Virus record (IMG/VR): IMGVR_UViG_3300014204_013734
Location: 317,281 to 381,280 of that record
Length of the DNA stretch: 64,000 bases
Reading direction: 5' to 3' (one strand)
Source: a virus
Taxonomy: Duplodnaviria; Caudoviricetes
Shown: positions 1 through 9,993 of the stretch, in pieces
Layout: the number at the start of each line of letters is the position of its first letter
Position numbering within the stretch: position 1 is the first letter of the stretch
Notes under the pieces: generated by a model
Seen by the model: only the letters and a program-made list of their open reading frames with translations
Told to the model about the DNA's origin: nothing
Database searches by the model: none
Made by a program: the position numbers and the translations under genes

Positions 1-151
1 GATTCAACATCGGTTTGAACGACGGACCTGCCGCCGGACAGACTGTTCCGCAACTTCACGTCCACGTTATTCCCAGGTACGTTGGTGATGTTGCCGATCC
101 CCGTGGGGGTGTCCGGTTTGTGATTCCTGACAAAGCAAGGTATTGTAAAAA

Positions 152-1150
152 ATGAAACTACTTCTGACCGAAGATCAAATTAGGACCCGGCAGGCGTACC
201 CTCTTGACCTGAAAATCCAGATCAGCTTGAAGCGGATTGAAGATTGGCGGGAACATCACGGGGGCCTAATTTCCGTGTCGTATTCGGGCGGTAAGGATTC
301 AGCGGTCTTGCTTCATTTGGTCAGGTCCCTTTATCCCGACACCCCTGCGGTATTTTGTGACACCGGATTGGAATATCCTGAAATCCGGCATTTTGCTATG
401 GACACCCCCGGAGTTGTAGTCCTCCGTCCAAAAATGAACTTTCATGAAGTAGTAGAGAAGCACGGTTGGCCTATCGTTTCAAAGAGGGTGGTGCAATACA
501 TATATGAAGCCGGGACATATCAGGAAGGTTCTAAGACCTGGATTCGCCGTATGACTGGAACATCTTCGTCTGGAAAAACAACCGCTTTGGGAAAGATCCC
601 GAATAAGTGGATGTATTTGGTTCCTCTTGTCCGATCCGGGGTTTTGAAAGTGAACTACCGTTGTTGCCACATTATGAAAAGAGGCCCCATTCAAAAATAT
701 GTCAAAGAAACTGGACGGTTCCCTTATGTCGGAACGACGGCAGCAGAAAGCAAGGACAGGGAATTGTCTTGGAAGATATTCGGATGCAACGCCTATGACA
801 GCAAGAATCCTACATCAAGACCCCTGATGGCGTGGACGGAACAGGACATTCTTCAATACATCAAACGGGAAGGATTGAAGATTGCTTCGGTTTACGGGGA
901 TATCGTAGAAGATGATGAAGGAAACCTTTCATTGACTGGTGCAAAACGAACCGGTTGCATGTTCTGCATGTTTGGCGTTCACCTGGAACATAGCCCCAAC
1001 AGATTTGAACGGATGAAGAAAACACACCCCAAGCAGTGGGACCACATTACGCGTTACATGGGCGGCGGCAAAGTTCTTGATATTCTCGGGGTTCCTTGGG
1101 GCGACCCGGACAAACCAACCTTGTTTGATATCCTCGGAGTAGAGGACTGA
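152..1150 (+). CDS. PAPS reductase family protein (phage type, PP-loop, probable Fe-S cluster)
   Basis: SYSGGKDS PP-loop, DTGLEYPE, CC and RTGCMFC Cys motifs, SRPLMAWTEQDI. Confidence 0.88.
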   Translation: MKLLLTEDQIRTRQAYPLDLKIQISLKRIEDWREHHGGLISVSYSGGKDSAVLLHLVRSLYPDTPAVFCDTGLEYPEIRHFAMDTPGVVVLRPKMNFHEVVEKHGWPIVSKRVVQYIYEAGTYQEGSKTWIRRMTGTSSSGKTTALGKIPNKWMYLVPLVRSGVLKVNYRCCHIMKRGPIQKYVKETGRFPYVGTTAAESKDRELSWKIFGCNAYDSKNPTSRPLMAWTEQDILQYIKREGLKIASVYGDIVEDDEGNLSLTGAKRTGCMFCMFGVHLEHSPNRFERMKKTHPKQWDHITRYMGGGKVLDILGVPWGDPDKPTLFDILGVED

Positions 1151-1758
1151 TGTCGGATTCCAGGTCAAAACATCGGGCGGAACGGATCAAGAAGGAACTT
1201 AGGATAGCTCAGGTTCTTTTTGATTTGGGTTATCCCATCCGTCCCGACGCGGGAGACCGGGAAGAACAATTTCCGTGTGATTTGCATGGTGACGGACGAG
1301 ACGGCAAGCCTTCCGCCCGTGTTTATCCGGAATCTGATTCTTGGTACTGTTTCGGTTGCAACCGAACCAGGGATGCTATTGAGACCGTCAAGGAAAAGAA
1401 AGGTCTTGGTTTTGTCGCTGTCCTGGATTGGTTGGAAAAGAAATACAACCTTCCCCCTCTTCCGTGGGAAGACGATGAGGGATACGAACGAAAACAATCG
1501 GTCAAAGACGAAGTCTTTGACCGATTGAACCAGTCAGGTACGTTTGACAGTGATCGGAAATCACTGGAATCCCTTTTGGACGGTCTGACAAAAGACCGCC
1601 TGTTGCCGTTGGAAGTTATCCTGAACTTCTGGGAAGCTTTTGACAAATTGACGTGGTTCGTGTCCGAAAAGCGTGTTTCGGAAACAGTTGGGAGGGCAAC
1701 CTTGGTCGGCTTACGAAACCGAATCCTTGAAGTCCTTAAGGAAAACCGTGGCACTTGA
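1150..1758 (+). CDS. CHC2 zinc-finger protein (primase zinc-binding-domain-like, no TOPRIM)
   Basis: FPCDLH...PSARVY...WYCFGC...DAIETV pattern. Confidence 0.75.
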   Translation: MSDSRSKHRAERIKKELRIAQVLFDLGYPIRPDAGDREEQFPCDLHGDGRDGKPSARVYPESDSWYCFGCNRTRDAIETVKEKKGLGFVAVLDWLEKKYNLPPLPWEDDEGYERKQSVKDEVFDRLNQSGTFDSDRKSLESLLDGLTKDRLLPLEVILNFWEAFDKLTWFVSEKRVSETVGRATLVGLRNRILEVLKENRGT

Positions 1759-2191
1759 ACGGATACAGCGATTCAACCTTTCAGGGAAGGGTTGGGAAGA
1801 CGTCCCGGTCTTGCGTCCTATACCGAATGGGAATGATCCCTGGGGGGTCCTGGCGCCGCTCAAGGGGACTGATTTTGAAGGACTGCTTCCTGTCGTGTCA
1901 GGGGAAGTTTGGTCACATGCTCTTCACGGACATCTGGCCCCCCTCATGCGACAGATCGGAAGACCCCCGGATGCACTCTTCAGGTTCATTCCTCAATCCT
2001 TTCTGAAATGTGCAGAAAGCAAAACGTGTGGGACCCACGACCTGAAAATCTGCTTGCCTGGACCAAAGACACCCAATTGCTGGATTCCGTTCGGGGTAGA
2101 TGCAGGAGTAGCTCCCGCCATCATTGAAATCGTACTGGCTTGGAGGGACGGCAGACATGTCGTGATCGTTGCCGGTGAAGAATTTCTGTGA
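1748..2191 (+). CDS. hypothetical protein
   Basis: GTG start after AAGGA, overlaps previous gene; Cys-containing C-terminal half. Confidence 0.6.
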   Translation: MALERIQRFNLSGKGWEDVPVLRPIPNGNDPWGVLAPLKGTDFEGLLPVVSGEVWSHALHGHLAPLMRQIGRPPDALFRFIPQSFLKCAESKTCGTHDLKICLPGPKTPNCWIPFGVDAGVAPAIIEIVLAWRDGRHVVIVAGEEFL

Positions 2192-2234
2192 TTTGGGGTA
2201 GTATGACTGTGAAGCTTAAACGGGAAGGTTCCAT

Positions 2235-5153
2235 ATGACAACAGAAGAAATGGCTTTTGACGAACAACTGGGAAACCGAGCAAAGAAACGTCCATGGATG
2301 GACCAAAAGACGTTTATCCTTGGAACTTCCGACAATATAGAAGAAATTATCGACAAGTGCATCGCGTCAGGCCGTTATGGTATTGACCTGGAAACGAGTG
2401 GCCTTGACAACCGCATTTTCAACAACGGGGGAACGTTCAGAACCGTAGACCAAATTGCAGGGATGTGTTTGTCCCCTGACGGTGTGATAGGAGCATACAT
2501 TCCGCTTCGTCATGCTAAAATGGCCATTGACGGAAGCAGGATTCCGATGGCTTGTAATGTGCCTTCAACTGTGTTCGACAAAGCCTTTCGCAGGCTTATT
2601 GAAGCCACGGATGCCGGAAAGACCGTAGCGGTTTTCCATAATGGGAAGTTTGACCAGGAATTCCTTCAATTCAACGGAGGAGAGCCCTGGGGGGAATGGG
2701 ACAAGGCGCAGATCTGGGACGATACGATGATTCTGGCCCATCTTTCGAATTCTCGTAAACGTCAGATCGGCCTTAAACCTTTGGCGAAGGAATTCCTTGA
2801 CATTGAAATGATTGAACTGAAGGAACTCTTTCCCGACGAAAATTCCGTAATGGATTTTTCCAAGTTGGACCCGAGGAAGAAGGAAACCCTGTGGTATGCC
2901 TGCGGAGATGCCATCTGCACCCGGCTTCTTTATGACATCTTGTCCCCGGAAATCTTGGACCCTGTTGACGGGTCTGACCAGAAGGGCATTTATCGGATCG
3001 AAAAAGCGTGCGTTGCAGCGACACGATGGATGGAACGTAACCGAATCCACATCAACCGGAAAAAGGTTTCCGAATTGATCCAAGTTGGCCACAAAGAATG
3101 GTTTGAATCTGTAATGGCGGTTTACGCCGAAGCTGAAAAGCTTCTCGGACGGGATGTTATGCCCGGATTTTTTAAGGTGCTCAAGGAAAGTTTTTCTGAC
3201 GATCCTTCCAATATGATTGCGGACCAAATCAAGCGGGCTAGAAGCAACGGGGAAAGACTTTATCCGGATCCCATCGGCAGAATCCAGATGAAGGACAAAG
3301 ACTACCCCCTTGTTTACGACATCAATTCGCCTAAGCAGTTGGGTCCGATGTTTGAAGAAATTGGTGTAGAAGGTCTGAAGGAAACAAAAAAATCCGGACA
3401 GATTGCTACCGCCAAAGCTGACTTGGAACGAATCATTGAAGAAGCGGGGGATCAATTCCCCTTTATGAAAAAGATCCGTCGATTCAGGGAAGTGTCCAAG
3501 GCGTTATCCACATTCCTTTATCCGATGATGCTGGATTCCGACCCCCGGGATGATACGATGCGTATCAATTTCCGGGGGCAAAAAGCTGATACGGGCAGAT
3601 TTTCAACCCCAGCTAGAGAAAGTGTAGACCTGGACACTTTTGGAAAAAACAGGGAACGGATGGAAGGTTGGCCTTTAGTAAATATACAGGCTGTACCAAG
3701 GGCTGGAGGTAAGGACCGACCGGAATGTATGACCCGTATTCGTGAGTGCATTTCTGCTAGGGCTAATGATGTATATATCGCAGCAATTGACTTTAGCGGC
3801 GTTGAATTACGCCTCATCACGAACATCTCCTTGGAACCCAAGTGGATCCATGAATTTTTCCACTGTTCCGGTTGCGGCAGGGTGTTTGACCGCGGAGATG
3901 GAAAAACAACTCCAGAAGCCCCGCCTCCCCGATGCCCGAATTGCGGGTCGGATAAGATTGGTGATATCCACACCCTGACGGGCTTGTCCGTCTACGGGCA
4001 AGACGCTACCAGCAGGGATAATTGGAAGGAATTACGAGGGTTTGCAAAATCTTTGAATTTTGCTATGTCTTACGGAGGAGGTGGTTCCGCCGCCCAACGG
4101 GCGGTTGGTGTTGACAAGCACGAAGGTGCCCGTCTCAAGAGGCAATTTGACGGCACCTATTACGGTCTTAAGGCGTGGTGGGAACAGCAGCACGCTTTTG
4201 CCCGTCAGCGTGGTTGGGTTAAGACGGCTTTCGGACGTAAATATCCCGTCCCGGATATCACCAGCACGGATGGTTTTTTCCGTTCCAAAGCGGAACGAAA
4301 CGCGGTCAACGGACCAATTCAAGGTTCATCGGCGGACATCACAAAATTATCCATGGCTCTTGTTTACAAGGAATGCAAGGCGCGAGGGTGGCTTGACCGG
4401 GTGCGCATGATCATAACCATGCACGACGAACTCGTGTTTGAAATCGAGGCAGCACTTCTTGAGGAAGCCATCAAGACCATCGTCCCTCTCATGACCCGTA
4501 ATTCAATGATCCTGGGTCGAAACTGGCCAGTTCCCTTGACAGCAGACGTGGAAATAGGTCATGATTGGTCTGTGCCGTGGGATCTTAACGCGATGACCTA
4601 CAAGGAGGTCCGATTCATTGGGGACAAGAAATACAAGGACAAAGACAAGTTTCCCGCCGGTTCTGATTGGGATTCCGTCTCTTCTTGGCCGAACCAGTTG
4701 AAACCCTGGTTTGCTGCCGCTAGAGGCGAAGTCCCGACCCCGCTGGCTGTAGCGTCGTCTGAATCATTTTCTCCTGAACCCCTGCCGATTCAGACCGCAG
4801 ACGACGGTGTAGTTGTTCCGTCGTCTGCGGTACCCGCCCCATCAGAGGTAGTGACAGCACCGCCGCAACAACAAACTAATCCTGTTCCTGCCAAGACAAT
4901 GGATGACGGTTTGCCGAATGTTGCGCCGGGGGAAATCTACGAATTTCGTCTTGGGCGGGAATTAGCCCTGGACGTAGCCTTGCGGTTAGCTGATGTTCTG
5001 AATCGGTCCCGAAATGGCGGGACCAGGATTTTCAAGCTGTTGACGCGGGAAGGCGTACCCTTGAATGACTGGCAGGATATGTATGGGAAAGGTCCCATTC
5101 TTGTCAATCACCTCCAATTCTACTTCTTGGCTCACGAACATGGATTGACTTGA
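2235..5153 (+). CDS. polA: Family A DNA polymerase with 3'-5' exonuclease, Zn-ribbon insertion and C-terminal extension
   Basis: ExoI DLETSG, ExoII HNGKFD, ExoIII YACGD; TGRFS; motif A DFSGVELR; motif B RGFAKSLNFAMSYG; NGPIQGSSAD; motif C MHDEL. Confidence 0.95.
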   Translation: MTTEEMAFDEQLGNRAKKRPWMDQKTFILGTSDNIEEIIDKCIASGRYGIDLETSGLDNRIFNNGGTFRTVDQIAGMCLSPDGVIGAYIPLRHAKMAIDGSRIPMACNVPSTVFDKAFRRLIEATDAGKTVAVFHNGKFDQEFLQFNGGEPWGEWDKAQIWDDTMILAHLSNSRKRQIGLKPLAKEFLDIEMIELKELFPDENSVMDFSKLDPRKKETLWYACGDAICTRLLYDILSPEILDPVDGSDQKGIYRIEKACVAATRWMERNRIHINRKKVSELIQVGHKEWFESVMAVYAEAEKLLGRDVMPGFFKVLKESFSDDPSNMIADQIKRARSNGERLYPDPIGRIQMKDKDYPLVYDINSPKQLGPMFEEIGVEGLKETKKSGQIATAKADLERIIEEAGDQFPFMKKIRRFREVSKALSTFLYPMMLDSDPRDDTMRINFRGQKADTGRFSTPARESVDLDTFGKNRERMEGWPLVNIQAVPRAGGKDRPECMTRIRECISARANDVYIAAIDFSGVELRLITNISLEPKWIHEFFHCSGCGRVFDRGDGKTTPEAPPPRCPNCGSDKIGDIHTLTGLSVYGQDATSRDNWKELRGFAKSLNFAMSYGGGGSAAQRAVGVDKHEGARLKRQFDGTYYGLKAWWEQQHAFARQRGWVKTAFGRKYPVPDITSTDGFFRSKAERNAVNGPIQGSSADITKLSMALVYKECKARGWLDRVRMIITMHDELVFEIEAALLEEAIKTIVPLMTRNSMILGRNWPVPLTADVEIGHDWSVPWDLNAMTYKEVRFIGDKKYKDKDKFPAGSDWDSVSSWPNQLKPWFAAARGEVPTPLAVASSESFSPEPLPIQTADDGVVVPSSAVPAPSEVVTAPPQQQTNPVPAKTMDDGLPNVAPGEIYEFRLGRELALDVALRLADVLNRSRNGGTRIFKLLTREGVPLNDWQDMYGKGPILVNHLQFYFLAHEHGLT

Positions 5154-5154
5154 T

Positions 5155-5532
5155 ATGCTGCAACCAATCAGAGTGAACTTCAAAGGATCTGATGTAGACG
5201 CTATATGCGTCCATTGGAAAACATTCCCTATTCCGTCTGCAATCATGGCCAAGGCAGAAGACATCAGTGTGGATGATCTGTACCGGAAGGGGACCATTAC
5301 GCCATCAGAATGGCAGAGGGCACAGTTCTGGGTTCATAACTGCGGAAAGTACCGGATGGACTCCGCTTGCGGGGGTTGTCCTCATATTCGGTTGATTGAA
5401 GAACGTAATCACCTGATTGTTTTGGTTACGCCGGACGGTAAGACGGCTGTTCCTGTCGTAGATTCCACAACAATAGAAGCTCTGACAAGATACAGGCAGA
5501 CGGCTCCGACATCGTTCAAGCAAGGAGCGTGA
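5155..5532 (+). CDS. hypothetical protein (Cys-containing)
   Basis: ORF abuts polA in the same operon. Confidence 0.6.
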   Translation: MLQPIRVNFKGSDVDAICVHWKTFPIPSAIMAKAEDISVDDLYRKGTITPSEWQRAQFWVHNCGKYRMDSACGGCPHIRLIEERNHLIVLVTPDGKTAVPVVDSTTIEALTRYRQTAPTSFKQGA

Positions 5533-5535
5533 ACT

Positions 5536-5748
5536 ATGGAACCAAAAGACATTGTCGTTCTCATCATTTCCCTTTTCACGGCTTTAGGGGTGTTTGGGGT
5601 GTTTTGGATGAACCGTTTCTTCGGAATTCCGGTGACCCGTTGTGACAGTTGCGGGAAATGGGTTCCTTTTTGGAAATTGCATAAGGTGGAATACCCATTA
5701 GCTTTTGCTCTGCTGTGCCCCGAATGCAAAGAGAAGGTAGGGAAATGA
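5536..5748 (+). CDS. small membrane protein with CxxC/CxxC zinc ribbon
   Basis: RBS AAGGAG; N-terminal hydrophobic helix; CDSC and CPEC. Confidence 0.65.
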   Translation: MEPKDIVVLIISLFTALGVFGVFWMNRFFGIPVTRCDSCGKWVPFWKLHKVEYPLAFALLCPECKEKVGK

Positions 5749-6377
5749 ACGATTTCCTTGAAGCTTGTATCAGCGATATCGGGACCAAGAAGGATTATCC
5801 CGCTTTTCAGAGCACCTTCTGCAACCGTTGCCGGAACCGAGAATGTGTCCACGCCAAGTGGGCGGCCGACAAGTTTGCCGTCCGTGTCGCGGTGCAACCG
5901 GACCGGATGTTACATCCGCAACAGGCGGACCCAACAAACCCAAAATACGCCCAATTGACCGATTTTGTGGATAATTTGCGGGAAGCAATGCGTCTTGAAA
6001 TTGCTGACCGACGAAGGGATTGGGAAGTGCCGGAAATCCCTATCCTTGACGGTCGTGATGATATGGCGAATCCTGAAGTCACCCGTGTTGTTGACAATGC
6101 GGTTCGCACCTTGGCACAAGCCAAGAATCCTGACTGCATCCTTCCCGATCTTGAAAGTAAAGTTCCTGAGAAACCCGTACCGCCAAAAACAAATCAACAA
6201 ACCCCGGTGCCCAAGGCTCCAACCAAACCAGGGATGGGCAACACCCCGGTAAAGGACGGTGTAATGGTCGGTGGTGGTCGTAAGGTTCAATCTGAACCAG
6301 AAGACCCTTGGGAACCAAAGAAAAAAATTGATATCGTGGAATCAGGGGCGAAGATCACGCTTGGAGGAAAGAAATGA
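5745..6377 (+). CDS. hypothetical protein, Cys-rich N-terminus, Pro-rich C-terminus
   Basis: ATGA overlap with upstream gene; FCNRCRNRECVH. Confidence 0.65.
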   Translation: MNDFLEACISDIGTKKDYPAFQSTFCNRCRNRECVHAKWAADKFAVRVAVQPDRMLHPQQADPTNPKYAQLTDFVDNLREAMRLEIADRRRDWEVPEIPILDGRDDMANPEVTRVVDNAVRTLAQAKNPDCILPDLESKVPEKPVPPKTNQQTPVPKAPTKPGMGNTPVKDGVMVGGGRKVQSEPEDPWEPKKKIDIVESGAKITLGGKK

Positions 6378-7477
6378 ACCAGATACCTACTGAATTGTTT
6401 CCCCTTTTGTCCTTGATGACAAAAATCTTGGTTAAAGAAGCCCCAGGGATGGGGATTATCATGGAAAAGGCTAAGGGGGGGCAACTGTCTGAAGCGGAAG
6501 CGTTTCAGGAAATGGTCAAGTTGGTTGAATCTACTCCGGGATTGAAGAAGCGGTTGGAATCCATGGCGGGTCCTTTGCAGACCAGGATGCAGACGCCACA
6601 GCAGAACATGTTGTTCCAACCCAAACCAAAGGGCCTTCCCGGGTTGAATCCGCTTTTCGTCGGAGCCCTTGCGGAAAAGTTGCAGTTTGACGGGGACATC
6701 CCGGAACTGAGGACAGGGCCTTTGCCTGAAGGTGTTTCCCCTGCCGTTCCCGTTGATACGGATGCCAGAAATCCGGTTGCTTTGGGAATGATGCTTGGCC
6801 AGGCATCTGAAGAAGTCAAGACTCTCATTGAACAGCACGAAACGGAACGTCGCACTGCTATTGAAGCGGTAGCGGCCAGTGACGGGACCAATCTGTCTTT
6901 GCTTAAAAAGCACGCCGATTTGGTAGCGGCAGGACCGAATGCGGCAAGGGACGTTGCCTTGTGGGGATCCCAGGAAACGGATATGCCATCTTACAGGCGC
7001 GGAATGCCTGTTCCGGCACGTCAGGTAACGACTCCGCAGGGGAAGGATATTGCTACGGTTGCGAAAGAACGGGCCAAGGAAATGACTTGGAAATTCTTTT
7101 CGACGACCGCCGGGCGCCGGACAGTTGTCCACACGATTGGGATGTTGGTGTCAAAACGGTTGGCGGAACAAGGTATCCACGCTGCATGGAAAGGTGTAGG
7201 CAAGAGCATGGACGGCGAAGTAGTAGCAGCACACCTGTGGAAGGTAAATCTGTCCGGTCCTGGGAATTCCCAGGAAAACTTCGCAATGGTTGATACGGCC
7301 GCCGCCGCCTTGGCGGTCGGGTTGCTCCGCAAACTTGGGGACCAAAGGCCAGAAGGTTTGCAAATTGAAGTGTCTACCGTGGACGCCGTAGCTGACCGAG
7401 AAGTCGGGTGGGAAGCCCGTCTGGTTGCCCCCAAACCGAAAGCATGTCTTGATTTCAATGCCGGAGCAGGAATCTGA
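6374..7477 (+). CDS. hypothetical protein
   Basis: 367-aa ORF, GGAGG RBS, ATGA overlap. Confidence 0.7.
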   Translation: MNQIPTELFPLLSLMTKILVKEAPGMGIIMEKAKGGQLSEAEAFQEMVKLVESTPGLKKRLESMAGPLQTRMQTPQQNMLFQPKPKGLPGLNPLFVGALAEKLQFDGDIPELRTGPLPEGVSPAVPVDTDARNPVALGMMLGQASEEVKTLIEQHETERRTAIEAVAASDGTNLSLLKKHADLVAAGPNAARDVALWGSQETDMPSYRRGMPVPARQVTTPQGKDIATVAKERAKEMTWKFFSTTAGRRTVVHTIGMLVSKRLAEQGIHAAWKGVGKSMDGEVVAAHLWKVNLSGPGNSQENFAMVDTAAAALAVGLLRKLGDQRPEGLQIEVSTVDAVADREVGWEARLVAPKPKACLDFNAGAGI

Positions 7478-7488
7478 AAGACAAACCT

Positions 7489-7731
7489 ATGAAAATATGG
7501 ACTTTTCGACTATTGTCCGGCCCTTGTTTCCAGATGTCTTTGCCCGGTAATCCAGCACTAGACTTCAGGGGATCACTGACCGTTTGGAAACTGGTTGGTT
7601 CCAAGGAATTGGCGGATTCTGCTGAAGCCATCATGAGGAATCTTGGAGTTCAGGTTGATGTCTTCACGGAAGAAGAAACGGAAGAACAAATAGCTGAACG
7701 GGAACGTCTTTTGTCAGGAGTTTTGGAATAA
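7489..7731 (+). CDS. hypothetical protein
   Basis: operon position. Confidence 0.55.
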   Translation: MKIWTFRLLSGPCFQMSLPGNPALDFRGSLTVWKLVGSKELADSAEAIMRNLGVQVDVFTEEETEEQIAERERLLSGVLE

Positions 7732-7779
7732 CCTATCTATTTTTTCAGTAGTAGGTAGTCTTAAACAGGAGGGTTACCT

Positions 7780-8619
7780 ATGGACAAGAATCAATTGAAA
7801 GAAGAGATTGCAAAGAAGGCAGCGGCAACCGGCAGGAAAACCTTGACGGCATCGCAGCGTTCCGATTTGGTGACCGCCATCAAGTTAGCCCGAGGGATGG
7901 AACTTGTTGCGGAAACTACTGTGAACCAACTTCCTGGGTTTTCTCCGATGCAGCTTCGGTCGCACCTGGATCACTTATCGGAAATCGCCCATGAAATCAA
8001 GATCATGGAAGAACGACTCGGAGACGAGCTGAAAAAACTGAAGAATCTCGAAAAAGAGGAAAAGGCCGGTTTGGAATTGCTGAAGAAGGCCGGGGAGCAG
8101 ATGACTGAAAAAGGCCAGTACATTGCCGAAACTGACAAGGCAATTCTGAAATTCACTGCCTACGCACAAGGGAAATCGCCGGGCCTTGAACAAATGTTGG
8201 CGTCGTCTGCCAAGGCAAAACCGGGAGAAAAAGCCGGAGATCTGTTCCTAAGGGTCGCTAACCAGTACGGAGAAGAACTGGCAAAAGGGGTTATGGGAAT
8301 CATTGAAACATGCAAGGCTGATCTGACCCATGCGGCCAACTGTGTCCGTGGGCTTCAGGTTGTCAGTAAGACGGCAAGTTTGGATCCCAGGATTGTGAAG
8401 AATGCGGGTCTGGCGGAAACTGTAGTTTCCATCAAAGAATGGCTTTCTGGAAAGACGGATTCCCTGGTGACCCGCATCATGGGATTTGCGGGCGGGATTG
8501 AAAAATGGTTCAAAGGATTCGTGGAACGAACCAAACTGGTGAAAAAGTCCAAAGATTCCGTTGAAAACGCCATTAGTAACTTGCAAAAGGCTGCTGAAAA
8601 ACTTCTTGCGTCCGCCTGA
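7780..8619 (+). CDS. coiled-coil hypothetical protein, possibly virion-internal
   Basis: AGGAGG RBS; helical, Lys/Ala-rich with KKA, KTA, KNA. Confidence 0.7.
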   Translation: MDKNQLKEEIAKKAAATGRKTLTASQRSDLVTAIKLARGMELVAETTVNQLPGFSPMQLRSHLDHLSEIAHEIKIMEERLGDELKKLKNLEKEEKAGLELLKKAGEQMTEKGQYIAETDKAILKFTAYAQGKSPGLEQMLASSAKAKPGEKAGDLFLRVANQYGEELAKGVMGIIETCKADLTHAANCVRGLQVVSKTASLDPRIVKNAGLAETVVSIKEWLSGKTDSLVTRIMGFAGGIEKWFKGFVERTKLVKKSKDSVENAISNLQKAAEKLLASA

Positions 8620-8648
8620 AATTCTGATTCTTTGTTTGGAGGTTTGTC

Positions 8649-8978
8649 ATGGCTACGGCTACGGAATGGTGGTACGACGACAGTGGAACGAATACCTTGA
8701 AGGGTGTTGAAGACGACCCTGACAACCCCATCATTCTTGACGACACTTACATCGTGCAGTTTATTTGTACGGTTCCCGCTGCTTTGGAGTCTTTTAATCG
8801 GATAGTCCCCAACATGTTGCCGGAAGAACAACTCCGTCTGAATGCCTTAGCCGCCGGGATCCCAAAGTACGAGTATTCCGACCCCCGAACCGACACTGAC
8901 GAATTCCAAAATCGTTGGAATCGGTCCGGAATCCACACTACCGGTCCAAATGGCGGGGGTTGCCCGTTCCCACGGTAA
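8649..8978 (+). CDS. hypothetical protein
   Basis: GGAGG RBS. Confidence 0.65.
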   Translation: MATATEWWYDDSGTNTLKGVEDDPDNPIILDDTYIVQFICTVPAALESFNRIVPNMLPEEQLRLNALAAGIPKYEYSDPRTDTDEFQNRWNRSGIHTTGPNGGGCPFPR

Positions 8979-8992
8979 TGGAGGTAGAAAAC

Positions 8993-9289
8993 ATGACCCC
9001 TAATGAAAGCCCGTTTAAAAGCCGGAAATTCATAGCTTTTCTGGTTGCCGATATTGGTTGGAAAGCCTTGATGATGACCCTGATGTTGACCGGGAGCAAT
9101 ATGTTCGACCAAGCCGTATTGATCGCCATGATCCTGACCAACGGGTTTGTAGAAGTTGGGTTCATTCTTGGCCAGACTTTCATCGACCGTTACGTGAAGA
9201 TCGCACAAATTGCGGTCGGGGATGGAAGCAAGGTTGAAGTACCAGTTCCGAAAGGTCTGGTTATTACCCCCAAGGAACCCAACGCATGA
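8993..9289 (+). CDS. small two-TM membrane protein, holin-like
   Basis: GGAGG RBS; FKSRKF followed by two hydrophobic segments. Confidence 0.55.
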   Translation: MTPNESPFKSRKFIAFLVADIGWKALMMTLMLTGSNMFDQAVLIAMILTNGFVEVGFILGQTFIDRYVKIAQIAVGDGSKVEVPVPKGLVITPKEPNA

Positions 9290-9480
9290 AAAAGAAAATG
9301 CAAACCCGAGCTAAAAAGACATTCCTGGCGGGCCGGAAGGAATTTGAAAAACCAGTTATTTCCCCGGTCATTTTGGAAGCAGCAAAAGAATGGTGTGAAA
9401 CGCCCATTGAAGAACGCAACGCTTTCGTTCGGGATCTTGCCCGAGAAGTGAATTCCAAACGTTACCCGACCGGCATTTGA
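9286..9480 (+). CDS. hypothetical protein
   Basis: AAGGA RBS, ATGA overlap. Confidence 0.55.
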   Translation: MKKKMQTRAKKTFLAGRKEFEKPVISPVILEAAKEWCETPIEERNAFVRDLAREVNSKRYPTGI

Positions 9481-9977
9481 TTATGCTCCAGATGCAGGTT
9501 TGCAAATACATCCCGGACAAACTGTATGGATTCCTGATCTTTCCGGAAACGGAACGACAAGTGTTTTTTCATCTTGGTTCGTTTGATCCGGGTATGCTTC
9601 AAGTCAGTCCTGATGCTTGCAAGGCATGCCCGAAGAACGGTTTAGGTTGTTCTTGGCCAAACGTTCCGTTACCCCCAATTCTTGGGGAAACTGTTGACGT
9701 AGACATTGATCTGGACGGAAACACCCGAGAAGAAAAGCCCCCAAAGGCCAACAAAGTTCTTCGGGTCAATTCCCCTACCGTCCTTTCGGGAAAAGTCACT
9801 ACGTTTGATGGCCAGTTAGGGTATGGTTTCTTGGTGGATGAAACGGGCAAGTCACACTACCTCCACCGGAGTGAAGTACTGGAAGGTAGGATGCCGCTGC
9901 CTGGACAGTCCGTCATGTTCTGCGCCGGTTTGAGGCAAGGACGATCCCGGGCGTGTCATGTGAAATTGTGTACGTGA
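9477..9977 (+). CDS. tandem cold-shock (OB) domain protein
   Basis: two RNP1/RNP2-like pairs: KLYGFL..VFFH and GKVTTFDGQLGYGFL..HYLHRS. Confidence 0.75.
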   Translation: MIMLQMQVCKYIPDKLYGFLIFPETERQVFFHLGSFDPGMLQVSPDACKACPKNGLGCSWPNVPLPPILGETVDVDIDLDGNTREEKPPKANKVLRVNSPTVLSGKVTTFDGQLGYGFLVDETGKSHYLHRSEVLEGRMPLPGQSVMFCAGLRQGRSRACHVKLCT

Positions 9978-9993
9978 CAGAAAGAAAAAGAAC

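Noticed and set aside
2235-5153. Intein in polA
   Set aside because: The insert is ~30 aa and lacks intein splice motifs or a homing domain
2565-7132. Long antisense ORFs (2565-3455, 6287-7132, and similar ones elsewhere)
   Set aside because: They are shadows of well-supported genes on the opposite strand with no recognisable motifs
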